Origin: Amoeboaphelidium protococcarum X5
Taxonomy: Eukaryota; Fungi; Aphelidiomycota
Assembly: GCA_023515725.1 (NCBI GenBank)
Contig: JALDTO010000155.1
Span: forward strand, 221,147-285,146
Reading direction: 5' to 3'
DNA: 64,000 bases
The notes beneath the pieces are model-generated. The model saw nothing but the letters and a program-made list of their open reading frames with translations, ran no database searches and had not been told where the DNA came from. Positions 11,603 to 25,953 of this stretch are shown in pieces. Each line of letters opens with the position of its first letter. Positions within the stretch are counted from its first letter, which is position 1. A program made the translations under genes and the position numbers.

Positions 11603-13626
11603 TCATTATCGAGTCGCCCGCTTAAGCAGGTAAGTCCCGGTCATGGCAACTAGAAGACATGCAGCGGCAGCCAGATGCGCATAAGAGTAATTGGATGAAA
11701 TCATGCATTGAGCATTTTCATCATCACACTGTGAACCATTGATTTTCTAATACAAAGCATCAAGAGCTGGGTACAGCTGCGGTGCAATAATTCCAGATAA
11801 CTATCCAACAGACACCATCATGCCGGTACCCACAGCTAATAGCGTAGGCTTGGAACGCGGAATTATTGTGGATAGCCAAGTGCAGAAGAGCGGAATGGCT
11901 GGACTCGCTCCAATAACAGACAGACTTGCAAATCCTAATGACAGCACGTTTTATCCCGTAGAGAAAGCATGTACTGTATCTTTAGCCACCAGGAGACCTG
12001 TGCCAGGATTAAATAAAGCAAGACCTGTAAAACCGATAAATGACACTGATAGAGGTGCAATAATGTGCCAGCATCGCTCACCGCGTCTGTCAGAACTGAA
12101 TGATATACACAAAGTTACGAGAGCAGCAGCTGCATAAATAGGCATAGTGATCAGATTGGCGGTAGAGAACTGGAATCCGGCCATTTTAATGATGGATGGC
12201 AGGAAGAAGTTGATAGCAGACACTGGAATTCCAATACACAAATAGGTGAGTGAGAATATCCACAGGGTGGAGTTACGCAGCGCTCGTAGAAATACTCTGA
12301 TGGAGGACTTTTCCAACTTGGGCTTCTTTTAGCTTTCCAAATGGTCAGAGCTTTTCACTTTTTCATCGACGGGTGCAACAATAGTATTATGCTCATATTC
12401 TGAACTACCTAGGTAAGAAGGAATATCATCATATCCATCTTCATCACAATTTTGTGTACTGATATTACTAGAAAACAAATCATCACCCTCCTCACCGTGA
12501 TGAACTTCTTCTATAACGCGCTTATCATCCTCCTTCAGCCAGCTGGCGTGTCTAGGATTAGATGGCAAGTACAACCATGTAGCAATACCAACAATCATGC
12601 CGGGGACACCTTCCACAATCAAAAGCCACTACCACCCACTCAGGCCAAGCCATCCATCAGTCAATGGGATGACCACGTACGCTAACAGTCCAACAAATCC
12701 ACCAGCGAGTAGACTAGCAGTAAAAAAAATACTGAATCTAAATCCCATCTCCTACCTTCTGTACCAGAAATTGAGATAATACAAAATGCCTGGAAATACG
12801 CCCGCTTCAACGGAGCCCAAAAGTGATCTTAAGACAATCCACACTGCGAAATTGTGAGCAAATATACAGCACACGCAAAGCAATCCCCAAACTACACAAT
12901 ATCACACTGGCAATCATATAAATAAACACTTACATAACAAAATCTATAAATCTTACTTAAAGCCATAGCTCCAAGCCATGCGCGAGCTCCAAAGCTCTTC
13001 AGTCCCAAATTGGATGGGATTTCAAAAATGGTGTAGCCCACAAAGAAGATCATCGCCAGCAGAGAGTACTAGTACTCCGATATGCCAACATCCTGGATCA
13101 ATTCATCGTGAATATTAGAAATATTAATGCGCGCAATAAATGCCAGAAAATAGATCAGTGTCACAAAAGGTAAAATTCGCCAGTCAAACTTCTTCACCAG
13201 CGCTCGGTAATGACGTTCATTCGCCGCTTGATGTTCCCAGTAATCGTCATCATCATCACCGCCGTCAGTTTAATTAATACTCTTATTATTTTTATTCAGA
13301 GGCTAAATCTCTGAAAAATCCAAGCCAGAACTAGCAGCGATTACAGAAAATCTAGGCTGAGGCACCGCAGTTGTATCTTGAACAGGCATCGTACGCGACT
13401 GATCAGAGTCTGATAGTATCAGCTGAGATGGACAATAATAATAATTTTAGTCTTCTGACTGCAGACACGGCGAAGAATGACGATGACGATTCGAATGCTA
13501 CCCAGAAACGACGACTTCCGGAACTGACAAGCGTGATGAAGGCGAAGATTAAAAATTCTTCAATTTTCTCGCCTCCTTGGTGATCGTTAACGGCAGAGCA
13601 GCTAAAAGTGGGGTAAGTCGTTCCAT
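11603..13626 (-). CDS. MFS transporter, allantoate/anion:cation symporter family, 1 intron
   Basis: KKFDWRILP, FEIPSNL, WYRRQEMGFR, LIVEGVPG, SSDRRGER. Intron near 12898-12958. Confidence 0.88.
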
Positions 13627-14169
13627 GTTCTCATTCAAACAATGACGTAGGTACACGATCATCAACCATACACTGCTAATAAGTTGGGTAACATCTACTA
13701 TTTAAATCATTTTACTCTTAATTTGTGTTAATGATGCACGGTTGGACTTATATTCATCGCGCGTTAGTTTGCCACATATATTTGTGATCAAAATAGTGTC
13801 AGATCTAGATGAATACATCTGATTGCATCGCACTCCTCCGTGTATCATAAGGTAGTTTTAAATCAAATGCCTCCCAAACTTATAAATCTTTCTATACCAC
13901 CACTAATGAGGCAAATACATAATTTACCTTAAGAGTTTCATACAGTCTTCATTCAATATTCAAGCAGTTTCATAGATCACTCATGATCAGCTTTGAAACA
14001 GCATGTCTAAAAATAGACAGAGTGAGGCAATGCGTTAACTACGGCGGCGAGTATAAAGATGAAGACTCTATAGTCTCTTTCATGATGATAATTTTCCTAA
14101 ATTGATTAAATATTTCCACGCTGTAATAGTGAATCTCTAACTTAAGTAGAAGTATCATTAAAAGATATC

Positions 14170-15114
14170 ATGAGCGAATTGCCAAATTCTCTGGATGCGA
14201 CATCTGATCAGCAGCGATTCTTGTAACCATTGACACTGGTGTCCTTATTCGCAGCGTTGATTCTATTAATGTTCTTTGGATTATACGTGTACAAGGCGTA
14301 AAAGTTTACATCTCTGGTAAAGAATAATGTTGCGCAATCGGCAGTGCTTGGTTTGGGATTTATGTGTCTTGTACTACTGTTTATATTTGATACAATGACC
14401 CGGTCGCCGACGCTATCAGTGCTATAATTTGCCACCGCTGCTCCACCTCCGACTTATTATGCTCCATTTAATTTAGATTAGCAGGCTGGGTTGATTATAT
14501 AGCATGCATTCACGTTATTAGTCCTGGTAATCGGTGTATTCTCTTCATGGATCAGATTGTATGATATTCATCCTCTGTATGCTAGTAGAAAGATAGTTTA
14601 TATTGTTGCTGTGTATACCTTTGCACAAGTATTGCAGTTTACATTTTACGCTGCCGTAGTTGATCCCAGTGTGAATGTTGTATCGGCTGTGATAACCTTT
14701 GATCTCTTCTTGCTCCCTTTGTAGAATATTGCAATTATAGCAGTATTCGTTCGTCTATTCATGATGATTCGTAATCAGGAAGGCACGTTGTCAATGCACG
14801 AGAAGAAGTTGTTTATATATGCTGGCTTATCGTGGGTATTGCTGATTATGGGAGACTTGGCGCTAGTGGTGGCAATGATCGTCACCTGGGCAGGATCTTC
14901 TGGCCTACCTCAAATTGATGGATATCTGTATCCGGCATCAGAGATATCGCGTCTCCTCAGTAGAATCTTTTGGCTTCTAGCTTATGTGTGTCTAATGCAG
15001 TTGCATAGTACAAGACTGTGGAAATTGCCTGCAATAGATGCCGCCATGGAGTTGTGGTTCAAGTTGACAGAGCCAGAGAGGAGGCCCCTAAAAGGTCAAG
15101 GTGACGTGGCTTGA
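14170..15114 (+). CDS. Multi-pass (~7 TM) membrane protein, unknown function (314 aa)
   Basis: Continuous table-6 ORF with about 7 hydrophobic segments. Confidence 0.7.
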
Positions 15115-15315
15115 GTGAAATTGGTTAAACTATCAAGCTCCATTACAAGATTGTAATGAATGAAGAATTGTTGATGAATATGTTGAATTCAAATAAAGTA
15201 GATGTTATGTATTCCTGTACTATCTCTTAAGGCTGTAATAAGGCAATTAAAAGGAAACATACAAGTTGCAAATATAAAGGGCTCTATCAAATCAAATCAT
15301 CACTCTGAAATTCAA

Positions 15316-17205
15316 TCAACTAATTGCGAGGTCTCTCAATACTTTTCGCATTTGATCCAATTATTAAAGCACCACATTGTAATCTTTATCCAATACCAGC
15401 GGTAACCACCTAAGAGTGGTGCTAGCTTCAAATTTTGTCCTGAGCCAGGCAACAAAAGATGAGAATTCTGAACGCGGCAGGTCAGACAGAATGAAATCTC
15501 TAACGGCCGATGCTGAGATTCTACCATTAGTTGCAAGTAGAGACGGTGACACTGGCCATGGAATATCTGCAAATCCCAGAAACTTTTGATTGCCCACAGA
15601 GCGAAGACTCGGAATCTCATGATCATCCCCCAATCCAGTCTGCGCTTCAAACAGCCTCACGATTCCCTAGTACCAACTTCTGCGCTACTCCACGTTAAGG
15701 TATTAAATGCCAATATATTTCATATTTTAAGTAAATTATTGGTTAAGAGCCGACTACAACTCCTTCTTCAGATACGAAACTTCATCTTTTGTAATTTTCA
15801 ATTCAAATTCTTTATCGGCCAATTGCTTTTAGAGTTGGATATTCATTTCCACGGCGAGAGACTATACACCATCATCTGTCATATTTTATCTTTTACTGGA
15901 AGATTATGATGATTGCACACCATTAACTATCATGGTATCTGACTTGATATCAGGATAAGAATTACTAAATAGAGGCCGCTCAGACAGTGTTGGAGTTGGT
16001 AGAGAGTTATCAGAGTTGGCAGACAGAGATTAATTCGATAGAGCCTTGATACCATCTTCCATCTCATGACTCAACTACTTCCACTTGTCCCAAATAGCAT
16101 TCAAATTTTAAACTTCAACAGGGAGCGATGGCTAATTATCAGCTCCATATCTCCGCTTCTTGGGAGGCATCATACCTTGAGCAGCAGCAGCAGCTGATGA
16201 TGCTTCATTCTGCAGCGAAACTTCTGGCGATTTTCTCTTCTTATCCTTAGCTTTATCTTTGACTTCTGCCACAGATTCTTCCGCTTTAACCACTTCCTTA
16301 CTCTGAGCTGCAATAGCTACCACCTCTTACTCTGGATTTTTCTTGGGTCGCCCACGTTTACGCTTAGGTGGTTCATCAGTACTTTATTACTATTACTTCT
16401 ACTAGGGTTCAACAGATTCTTATTTGCGCTTATATTTACCTCTAATCTTAGTGTCACTGCTAGAGTTGGACGGCTTTTTATCCAACATAATCCGATTATT
16501 ACTTTTACTATTGCCTTTATAATTATCATCATCATCGTTGTTATCGTCGCCAAAGTCCAGATCATCAAGAATATTATTACTATTACTATGGTTATTTTTA
16601 TTCGTATTATTATTAGTAAAGACGCTCTCTGTTGAACGATTCGGTCTCAGTCGAGGTGATTTGATAATCTCACTATCATACTGCTCATACATTACAGATT
16701 AGCCATCCATCTCCAAGAGAAATGGACATTGTGGATTCTTTTACTTATGCAACACCAGAGGATCATCCCCCTCCTTCCAATTACCAATCTTGATATGACA
16801 GTACAAACACTCACACAGATCATGGCATTCCATAGTGGGAGCATAGACAAAGCCGCACTCTGCCAATTTACTAGGCATGGCACAGAAAGGCTTGATATGA
16901 GGCCACCACTTGCCAAAAGTCTGCCGCCGAGCCTTCTTCACTTCATTCGATAGCGGAAATGATTACATAGAGTAAATCTTCACTAGTGGACAGTCACAAT
17001 AAGCTTATCGATGTCTATCCAGAGGGGTATCATTCTACTGCCAATTCATGACAGTCACACTGCAAACATAGCAAGCTACTCTGTCAGGATTCTTTTCTGA
17101 TGGAGCATGATAAAAGCCATGATGAGCCAGTTCATCTGCAGATGGATATTTGAGCTTCCATTTATTAAACGACTCTAGTCTCTCCTCAAGACACTCAAAC
17201 GACAT
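15316..17205 (-). CDS. BIR1: Bir1/IAP-like protein: two BIR repeats, AT-hook-like motif, coiled coil, C-terminal IPWP domain (629 aa)
   Basis: RLESF..W..ELAHHGFY..DRVACYVC..W...D.P..H and a second repeat LAECGFVY..CLYC..WKEGDDP..H. KRGRPKK. The track ORFs at 17035, 16741, 16420, 16132 and 15364 share one frame. Confidence 0.82.
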
Positions 17206-17802
17206 TATAAAAATCAAATTCTTTACTATTAGAATGGTAAGATATGATTTGTATGAACTAATCTTGCACTATAACTGTGCAATTCAATATCAATGTGATA
17301 ATGTAGGAGGATTCAATCAAGAGTTAGAGCAGAATAATAATAATTCCACTTCCAAATGTGTGTGTTTGTTTGAAATGAAATGAATTTCGTTCAGATTGTG
17401 AAAAGTTGTTGATTTCTCTATTTGACTCAACGACGACGGACGACGGCGAAACACAAGAAGAAAACGTGCTTGTTCAACCGCCGCCTGTGATTCGCGCTAA
17501 TGTGTTTCAGCTCGCCATCATCATCATCATCATCATCATTAGAATCGCTTGAACAGATAAAACTCATTGAAACAAACTTTATCTATATCAATTATACTAA
17601 TATTGAAACTATCTTAATATCGGGGTAGAGAATGCACGCGTATTTCATGCAATGATAAAAAAGGCGTACTAATATTATAGATAGCAATCACCATTGCGAA
17701 GGATCGATAAAGTGGACGACGAAGCGCGGAGGTTCAGTTTGCGTCGAAACTTCCTTACAGTGCCGCAGAATTGAATTATCTGATTGATATTCGATAGCCA
17801 CA

Positions 17803-19429
17803 TCACTGCTGCCACTTATAACCGTTCCTGAGCTATTATTATCATTACTATTTTCATTCATTTATGTCTGTTACGTGGATGTAGTTGGAGATTATGACAT
17901 TGTAATTGTACGCATCGCTGACTACTTCAATCGACGGCGTTTTGATGCAGTGATGTGAGTACCTTCAATGAGCGGACTAGATTTGTTCAACAGTAGAGAA
18001 CTGCCTTCCACCACGGATACAGATACTGAATTTGTCGGTACACTATTAGATAGAGGTGACTACTGATGTGTCTGAGATGACGAGGTGAAGGAATATCTTT
18101 GAATTTAACCGTTTGGAACATATGCAGCATTGTCGTGACTGTGGCACTCACTACTATTTATCATCGACTGGCCATCTTCCTACTATTTATTGTGAGTCAA
18201 TTGACTTTCCATCGCATTCTATTTATCGTCCAACGTGGCATTGGTGCTCTGAATCTCGGGGCCGGTTGAAGGCGCGAAATCTTTGTCAAATCCAAAATCA
18301 AGATTCGATTCCAAATTTCTAGCGTTCAGTACTTCTTCTTGAGATGATTAATCAATCCTGTTGGGAGTACTTTACAGATTAGGCACCTATAGAGTAAAAT
18401 TCATTGTTGATAGACTGGAGAAAGATGTCTATTAGGTGGAGGATATACTTAAATCAGAATCCTGGTCCTGTCTGATTAAATCTTGTGGACCGACCAGGGG
18501 ATACTAATCAGCATTACTGCAATACTTCAAAACACTTTGCAAAGTGAAGCAATCGATGGAAGCAAATTTTAATTCTTCCAATGCTTAACAGGCATTCCTT
18601 TCTAAATGTTAAGTTTATTCTTCAGCATTAGTAACAGTATCAGCGATTGAATTATTATTATTATTAGTGATAGAAGTCAACTGATCAAAAGGCTGAGTGA
18701 AGCAGGCGATTAGAGGATCAAACGCGTCTGCGGACTCTTCAACTAGCAAAGCATCGCTCATTTTATCGGCATTGCTTGGCTGGGGACAACTACAAATAGA
18801 GATAAATTATGATATAATATTATAATTTAATGATTTTGCAATATAGAATTACCATATGTTCTAGAGCAACTGAGCTCCCTCTGGTGTTTTTGAAACCGAG
18901 ACCAGCGCTGGCGTGTCACTTGGCTCGCCAGTATGTTGGTCGATGAGCATAAAGTCACCATCCAGGACCAGCAGTCGAATGGAATTTATACCATTGTGAC
19001 TCGAAATAGCAGCATAAGCTTTATTAATTGCTATAATGGCGTTATTCAATGAAGATACATATTCCTTGGAACTACACGATCGTCTATTAATCAAATCCGA
19101 ATGGTAGCTGTGAGTACAAAAGTTTACCATTGTTTCAAGAACTTCTATATCAGTTCCGGAGTCAAAGCTGCAGACAGACAATGGGAATTGTCACAAATGA
19201 CACAAGTGGCATAAGCATAAGCGTCCTCTCGAGTTAGATTGACCAATTTACATATCAATCCAGAGCCGGTAAATTCACGCGAATGGTATGGAGTCGTGCT
19301 GGGGTCCATCAACTTGCCAAATTATTCGCTTAAGCTGGACTTTCCATAATTATTTACCAGTTTACCCGGTTGGGCATGTTATAATATCTGAGTAAGTAAC
19401 CATTTCTTACACTGTTACAAATGGCTCAT
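17803..19429 (-). CDS. Putative TPP1/Est3-like OB-fold protein with low-complexity tail, 2 introns
   Basis: N-terminal KWLL...CVICDNSHCLSAALTPELIQKF...SSLNNAIIAI...IRLLVLD resembles the Est3/TPP1 OB pattern. GT..TGTAG introns near 19072-19127 and 18790-18852 restore the frame. Confidence 0.5.
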
Positions 19430-19591
19430 TTTTGTATGTACTGAAGTAAATCTTCTGAAACTTATCACTCAAAGAAACACGCTAAAATGCGATCAGAAGA
19501 AAGCACAATAACATAAGTACCGGTATTAGGTAGTAAAAATCTTTTTATTTTATTTAAAATGTAGGCATCAATTCTAAAGACTTTAGCAGCT

Positions 19592-20860
19592 TCATACCTG
19601 AGATATTCTCTTCATGTACTCGTCAGTGGGTGTGGTGAATGTGAACTTGGCATTCTTGACAGCGCTTGGATTGGACGACGCGACAGAGGAAGTACCAGAG
19701 TGAATTACCATCTCTTCTGATGTCTCGGAGCCGATGGTTGATACTGAATTCCTCTTTGTGGCAGACGACTCAGAGGAATGGGAAGATGATCTCTTCATCA
19801 TTTTACTTGATAGTTGTACTTCCTGCACACCCCAATGATCACCATCTTCATTCTTACTAATGAATGTGGCGTATGATTAGTGTTTCAATCGAGACGGGCC
19901 ATATGGTACTTCCTAAGTTTCAATGTCAGAGTAAACTTGATTCAGCTTCGGATCTTTGTATCTGAGGATGTACATGGTGATCATCATCAATGCTGCCATA
20001 CCAGTAATAGCCATATTCCAGAAAAATCCCAAAATGTCAATACCGACGCCAACTTCAGGCACCCCGGGAATTGCGCGCCTAAGCTATGGAAGTGCAAAAA
20101 TCAGCCCAATTACAGATGCCAGAATGGGCGGATGAACATCTAGTTTCCTAATAAGAGCATCTACAGCGACACCAAAGGCGGAAAGACTTAAGAGCCACAT
20201 CAGAATCACGATAAAGATTGCAAAAGCTTTGCTGGTGGATGATCGAGCAGCAGTAAGTCGCAGGAGTGCCGTTTAAGTGGAGTCCATAATTTGAATTTGC
20301 GGCACTATTATCCAATTTGGAATTGCCGCATCAACATCCAGACCTATAGGGATGTGTTGTGACGTAATTTAAGCTTTAATGAAACCAGCACCTTAAAAAA
20401 CGTCAAATGGATAATCATTCACGTCTCCCTCAAAGAGTGGTAATGTAAATCTAAGAGCAGGTATTGTCTGTCCGGCGGTGAAATTGTAGATACCATTTTC
20501 ACCAATAACAAGCTATAAGGGACCAGGAAGATCTGCAGCAAGCTAACCAGAGTTTCTGTCTTCAGCAGTGGAGCCGTAAATGCCACCAGGCACGACGCGT
20601 GCAATCATCTGAATTTCTGGTGTTGGTACATTTACCGATATAACATTCAAGTATATTGAAATCTAATCTTTATCCCAAAGTGATCCACTGCCTGATATAT
20701 TAAATTGTGCCTTAGTCGCTGTATTTTTTAATCCTTCTCTTCTATACTGGAAGTAAGCAGGTATGACAAACATGGATAAGCAGAGCAGCGTCAAAAACAT
20801 CACTGCAAACGCCCTGAATTTGCGCGGCACTATCTTGTATATTCGCTTGAAACAACCCAT
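19592..20860 (-). CDS. DUF4436-like membrane protein (422 aa)
   Basis: N-terminal TM, GDVNDYPFD, then RSSTSKAFAIFIVILMWLLS, LIFALPQLRRAIPGVP, IDILGFFWNM. Confidence 0.7.
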
Positions 20861-21265
20861 TTATTCTAATGCAATCTATTGTCTGTTAATATACCTTGTA
20901 TCTCTTAAAAAATTACGAGGAAGTAATGGACGTAGATGCTTATCGTAACATGTTTTGTCGCAGCGTGCAACGTCATGAACATCAGCCAATAAGGACGATC
21001 ACATCACGCTGTAACATGAGGCGACTGTAATAAAGTGGCAACCGTAGCCATGACGGACTCAACTGAAACTGAGCTTTGGTCGTACACTTGAGGAAACGGA
21101 ATATCACTGGTGCCATAATATCATCCTTTGCTTCCTAATTTTGACTCTTTCGCGTTGAACGTTGCCTTTGATGCCGTTGCCAAGGGGTATCTTTCCATCT
21201 TCATCACTGCACTTCTACAATTGAAGTCTCTATCGTAATTTAGAACCTTAAATACTAAAAGCTTT

Positions 21266-22327
21266 ATGAACCAGGATAACAGAGAAAACGGTTCAGAGCC
21301 AAGGAAATAAGGATATCTACTGCAGTTGTCTTTTGATAATGCTGGTGCCAAATCAAAAAACCTAAGCCCTGCAAAGAGCCTGAAACGGATCTTCAGAAAG
21401 CCTGACGTAATGAAGAGTTTTGTAGAGAGATATGTGGATATCAAAGAGGGAACTTTGACCATAGCCGAGAGCCACAAGTCTAATGCTTAGTTGTTGTAGA
21501 GTCATGATATCAGTCAATATCATACTGCATCTGTTGATGAAGATACTGCTAACCAACTGATCATCCTCTCCATTGTTACGCTGGATGCCATAAAGCCAAA
21601 CTTGATATTTGGAATTTAGACTGCCAAAGTGAACGCCCTCGAGGAAGCCAAAGAATGGGTGTTTGCTATCAAGCCGTATTTGAAGAGTATAGACAGCAGC
21701 GCAGAAGATTTGCGTATCACCACCATGTTGCAGTAAATGGTTGACGGTAGCAATGACGTGGACTCTGTGTTCTCGCGCGAACCTGCTCAGAGCGAGTCAA
21801 GGTCTAATACGCTGCGCAAGAAATTTTCCATCAGGCGCCTTGGTGATCGATTATTGCTCAAGCGCAAGAAGTAGATTACTGATTCTGGTAGTCCAGCAGT
21901 GTCTAATGATAGCATCTTTGCATCAGTTAATGGAGAAGCTCATGCAACTGCATCTCTGATTGTGGACATTCCGGTGTTTTAAAACAAAGTTGACGCTGTT
22001 AAATCTGAGGCTCTGGCAACTGCTGAAGCCGATTCATTTAAGACTCCTAGAGAAGTGACCGGTGGTATTGCACCTCAACGCGATTTGAAGTAGTAGACTG
22101 ATGCGATTTCACATGAATAGCATGTTGAAAAGAATTCTGAGCCTGCGCTACCTGCTGTACCTGATAAAAGATAGTCGACCAGTAGCAAAGATGCGGTTAA
22201 GCGAAAGCCAAAACTAGATGATGGATTCGCGATATTCGCAGTTGCTGCTATTGGCCTTGTGCTATTCGAAGCATTGTTCCACGCCGACAAACTAAAAGCA
22301 ATATTCAGCGCATTGATAAAGAAGTGA
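21266..22327 (+). CDS. PH-domain protein with C-terminal transmembrane anchor (353 aa)
   Basis: KQGYL...ERYV.I...EEAKEWVFAI PH pattern. C-terminal FAIFAVAAIGLVLF. Confidence 0.65.
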
Positions 22328-22385
22328 GATTTAGTTTTGGTTTATAAACGGTTATAGATATGATTGAAATGCTCTAATTCTATTG

Positions 22386-24230
22386 TCATATATCACTGTA
22401 GTCAAAATCTTTTTTAGAGTAAAACAACATGTACGCCTGACACGACGCAATTTCATTCCAATCCACTGCAAATACTAGACTATCATCAATCCTGAACCAT
22501 TACTCCACAGTAGATGTAAGGTGACGCACATAAACAATGTAATGACCAGAGTTTAGTGTACCATGATGCACAATGACGGCACACAAAATATAATTGAAAT
22601 TCTCTTGATACTAAACCGGAAGAGAATCCATAGATTACGCCAATATAGTGTACTAGAACATATTGATTTCAGACGGAAACTGAATGAGCATATTCAACTT
22701 ATCGTACTATTCATACTGGAATAATGTGCTGGCTTTGGCCACCTGAGGCGCACCCATGGTGTAAGACGAATTGTATCTCTTTAGATGGAACACCATGGTA
22801 TTAGGTAGCTTTGCAAACCGTAACTGCTTAGTCACACCAGCTTTCAGTGAACATTTGGAACATTTGTAATCAATATGAGCCAAATCTTCTTTCGACGTGA
22901 ATCTATCTAAACACTCATGCAATGAATGAGATTCTACAGGAGATTAAACATTAGATAAAGTCTAAGCAGTATTCTTTTACTTCTATTTAGAAGATTTCGT
23001 GTCGACAGACATTGATAACGCATCATCAACAGCTATTTTATGCTCAATCAAAGACCCTTTTGGGCGTGCAACTTTCATTGTCTGAGCCTTCACGTCTGAT
23101 TATTATCCCAGTGCTTGAACTGCAGGAGAAAACACAGGACGAACATCCAGGGATATATCCATAAAAGGATCGGTGGTTTCACTTTTATGACCGCATTAAG
23201 AACATTCTATAGTACTTTAAAGCTGACCAGAAAATGCTTGATCGACAGATATATTAGTCAATTTTAGAGTAGATGATGGCCTTAATCGCTTTAGATATCT
23301 TTACTAATCATTATGCAAAATATTTAATAGAGATATAAAAAACTCATGAGCATCTTATTATGAGTACCCAACTAACGAGCCTTATTGCGGTGACTAACCG
23401 AAGCTTCCTGCCTGTTACATTAACCACTAGTTGGTCCACGTACTGTACAGAAACCCAGACGGAACGAATGGCGCATTAGATCCAGCATTATCAATTAAAT
23501 CGCTTGAATTACACATTTTAATCTAAGATGAGCACATATTGAAGTTGGCGATAATCTAATCCAGCTGACAAGCAGTACAAGATGAGTGATTTACACCTTT
23601 TAGTTGGGCAAAGCACACTCGTCTATTGTGGAAATCAGCCAAGAACCACCGCCTCACAAACACATTATGCACAAGAACTTGAATGACAACATTCATAAAG
23701 CAGGTAGATCCAAGATTTCTAAGTCCTCGAAGGCCTTGGTGATCATTATGCGCGACAGATTATAATGGCTTTAGTGATAGATGTTGCCCATGAACATATA
23801 AATCACTACAATGAATTCGCAACCTTTCCAAGCGGTACATCTGAAGTAGTTACCAGTCGTAGAAATAATCATTACACTTGACGCAGAACGACTGGGCTTT
23901 ATATTCGAGATTAATAAAAATATGATGATTTCGCTACTCGGAGTGAGCATTTCTATGGCTACCACTGAGAGAATTTGAGGCATCATGACATCCAATGTAT
24001 AGGCATTATAAGCACGCATAGAGAGATTACATAGACCGCCGATCGTGTAAATGGTGACCAGAATCAGGACCATCTTCATCGCAAGCGGAGCAAGTTGCAG
24101 CAACCATATCCTCACCCTCAACCACATGATGATCATACGATGATTGAATCTAAGCCAATCGTACCAGCACACGATAAGATTTCAAGATCTCTTCATTCCT
24201 GATTATATCAAAGTGTGGACATGTACTCAT
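22386..24230 (-). CDS. UBP8: Ubiquitin-specific protease, Ubp8/USP22-like (ZnF-UBP + USP, 614 aa)
   Basis: GLRNLGSTCFMN Cys box, GYSQQDAHEF (both Q = TAA), VHHGTLNSGHY His box, N-terminal zinc finger. Confidence 0.9.
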
Positions 24231-24477
24231 ATTTAATCAGTTATAGAGAGAGAGAATTAATTTTCCTATTAAAGCAATTTTATATTACTGAGATGATCTT
24301 AAGGAAATTAATTTTCTTTTGAAGCTCTTTTGTTAATGCTCCAGCGATCTGACTGACTTTACACAAACTTTGCAAAGTTCTCAGCAGAGAATCTTCACAT
24401 TAAAAATCGTTGCTTTTGATTTTCCTTTTAATTTTACAGCGATTGACTATTTTTGTTTCTACATAGGCTCAATATAA

Positions 24478-25785
24478 ATGAAAGGGGAAATGAAAGTTCT
24501 CTCATTGACATTCAATGCTTTTGGTCAGAATCTGCCTATATCACAGAAAGTGTTACAATAGATTGTGTTAGATGGTGATGTAGATACTATTGTGATCTCT
24601 ATTCAAGAATTTAGATCATCTTGGTCATCTTTCTTGGTGCCTTTCAATCCGATATTAAAAGATGATTAAAGTGTCAAGACATCAGCATGGCTCACTGTAG
24701 TACAGTATGTGTTTAATTAGTATATTAGGATGGAGAATGCCGTATATCAATTACTTGATGCCTAATCTCTGGGCGTGATCAAGTGGCTGTTAACTCCGGT
24801 CGCTTGTGCTGAACACGAATTTTCTGAAACCGTTTCAGATTGGAAAATCTCGCTGTCACGCTCCATCAGCTCTATGGATAAAGCAGGAAGGCAATGGGCT
24901 GTTAGATAAGTCTAGTATGGCCTGTCTAATATTGTTACATTCTTCTTACAGCCAGCATCAATGTCATCAGTGGATTTTCGAGTAAGGTATAGATTGTTTA
25001 GACCTTATGGATTCTGGAATATATTTGGTAACAAGGGCGCTTAGTTTACATAGTTGGAGATTGGCCAGGTATAACTTCTTGTTGTCAATGTTCATCTCTG
25101 TGCTCACGCTGGTGCTCACAATTTCCGAATTAGGCAGTAGTAATTACGCGATATCTTGGAGACTGTAGAGTTGATTTAAAGCACATAACCTTGTAATGCT
25201 GTCATTATTATGGGAGACTTTAATTTTAGATTGTAGTTGACGTCTTATGAGTTTAAAGATTTGACGCGACAAGATATAGATTTGGCTAGCCTACTAACTT
25301 TTGATGAGTTAACGTGTATGTTGGATAGCAATGGCTTAGGTGGGGTGAATGAGTAGAAAATCGATTTTGCGCCATCGTATAAAGTTCACACTATTGGTTA
25401 GGAAGAACTTGGCACCTTGAGTAACGTAAGCTTGAACACCAAGTTTTCATAAATTTCGCATTTGTACCAAACTGAAAAAAGAGTTCCTGCGTGGTGCGAT
25501 CGAATCTTATTTAATATTGGATCAAATACATTGGCGTAACAACAAGTACTGCAGTATTAGTCAATTTCAAGTTTGGGATAAAGTGATCATAATCCTGTTT
25601 ATGCAGTGCTTGAAGTAACTAAGGGATTGATCCCATCTCAAGCCATCGCAGAAAATGTTATTGAATAATCTGATCAAAGTCTCGTATCGCTGTATCCGAT
25701 ACTTTTAATGTCAATAGCGCCGCGTTTTGTCGTAGTATTGGGTGTATTATATCTTTCTAGATGGACCAACTGGTATAGAATTTGA
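24478..25785 (+). CDS. Inositol polyphosphate 5-phosphatase with C-terminal hydrophobic tail (435 aa)
   Basis: GNKG, NVHLCAH, MGDFNFR, PSYK, PAWCDRIL, SDHNPV. Absent from the ORF track because of TAA/TAG. Confidence 0.9.
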
Positions 25786-25953
25786 ATAGATTTCCTTCTG
25801 AGTTTCTGTTTCAACAATTTCGTTTCATCTCAGCTGTTATACCGCCGCTCTATACCAAATTCGACGTTTCAGCTCTTAAACTGAACGCGCTTCTACGTCT
25901 GGTCGTTTCTCTGCAGCCTTGAATGTTAGTCAGTTGAGAGACACTCCAATAAT

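Noticed and set aside
17516-17539. (CAT)n microsatellite; also (GA)n at 29890-29903
   Set aside because: Ordinary simple repeats in intergenic DNA.
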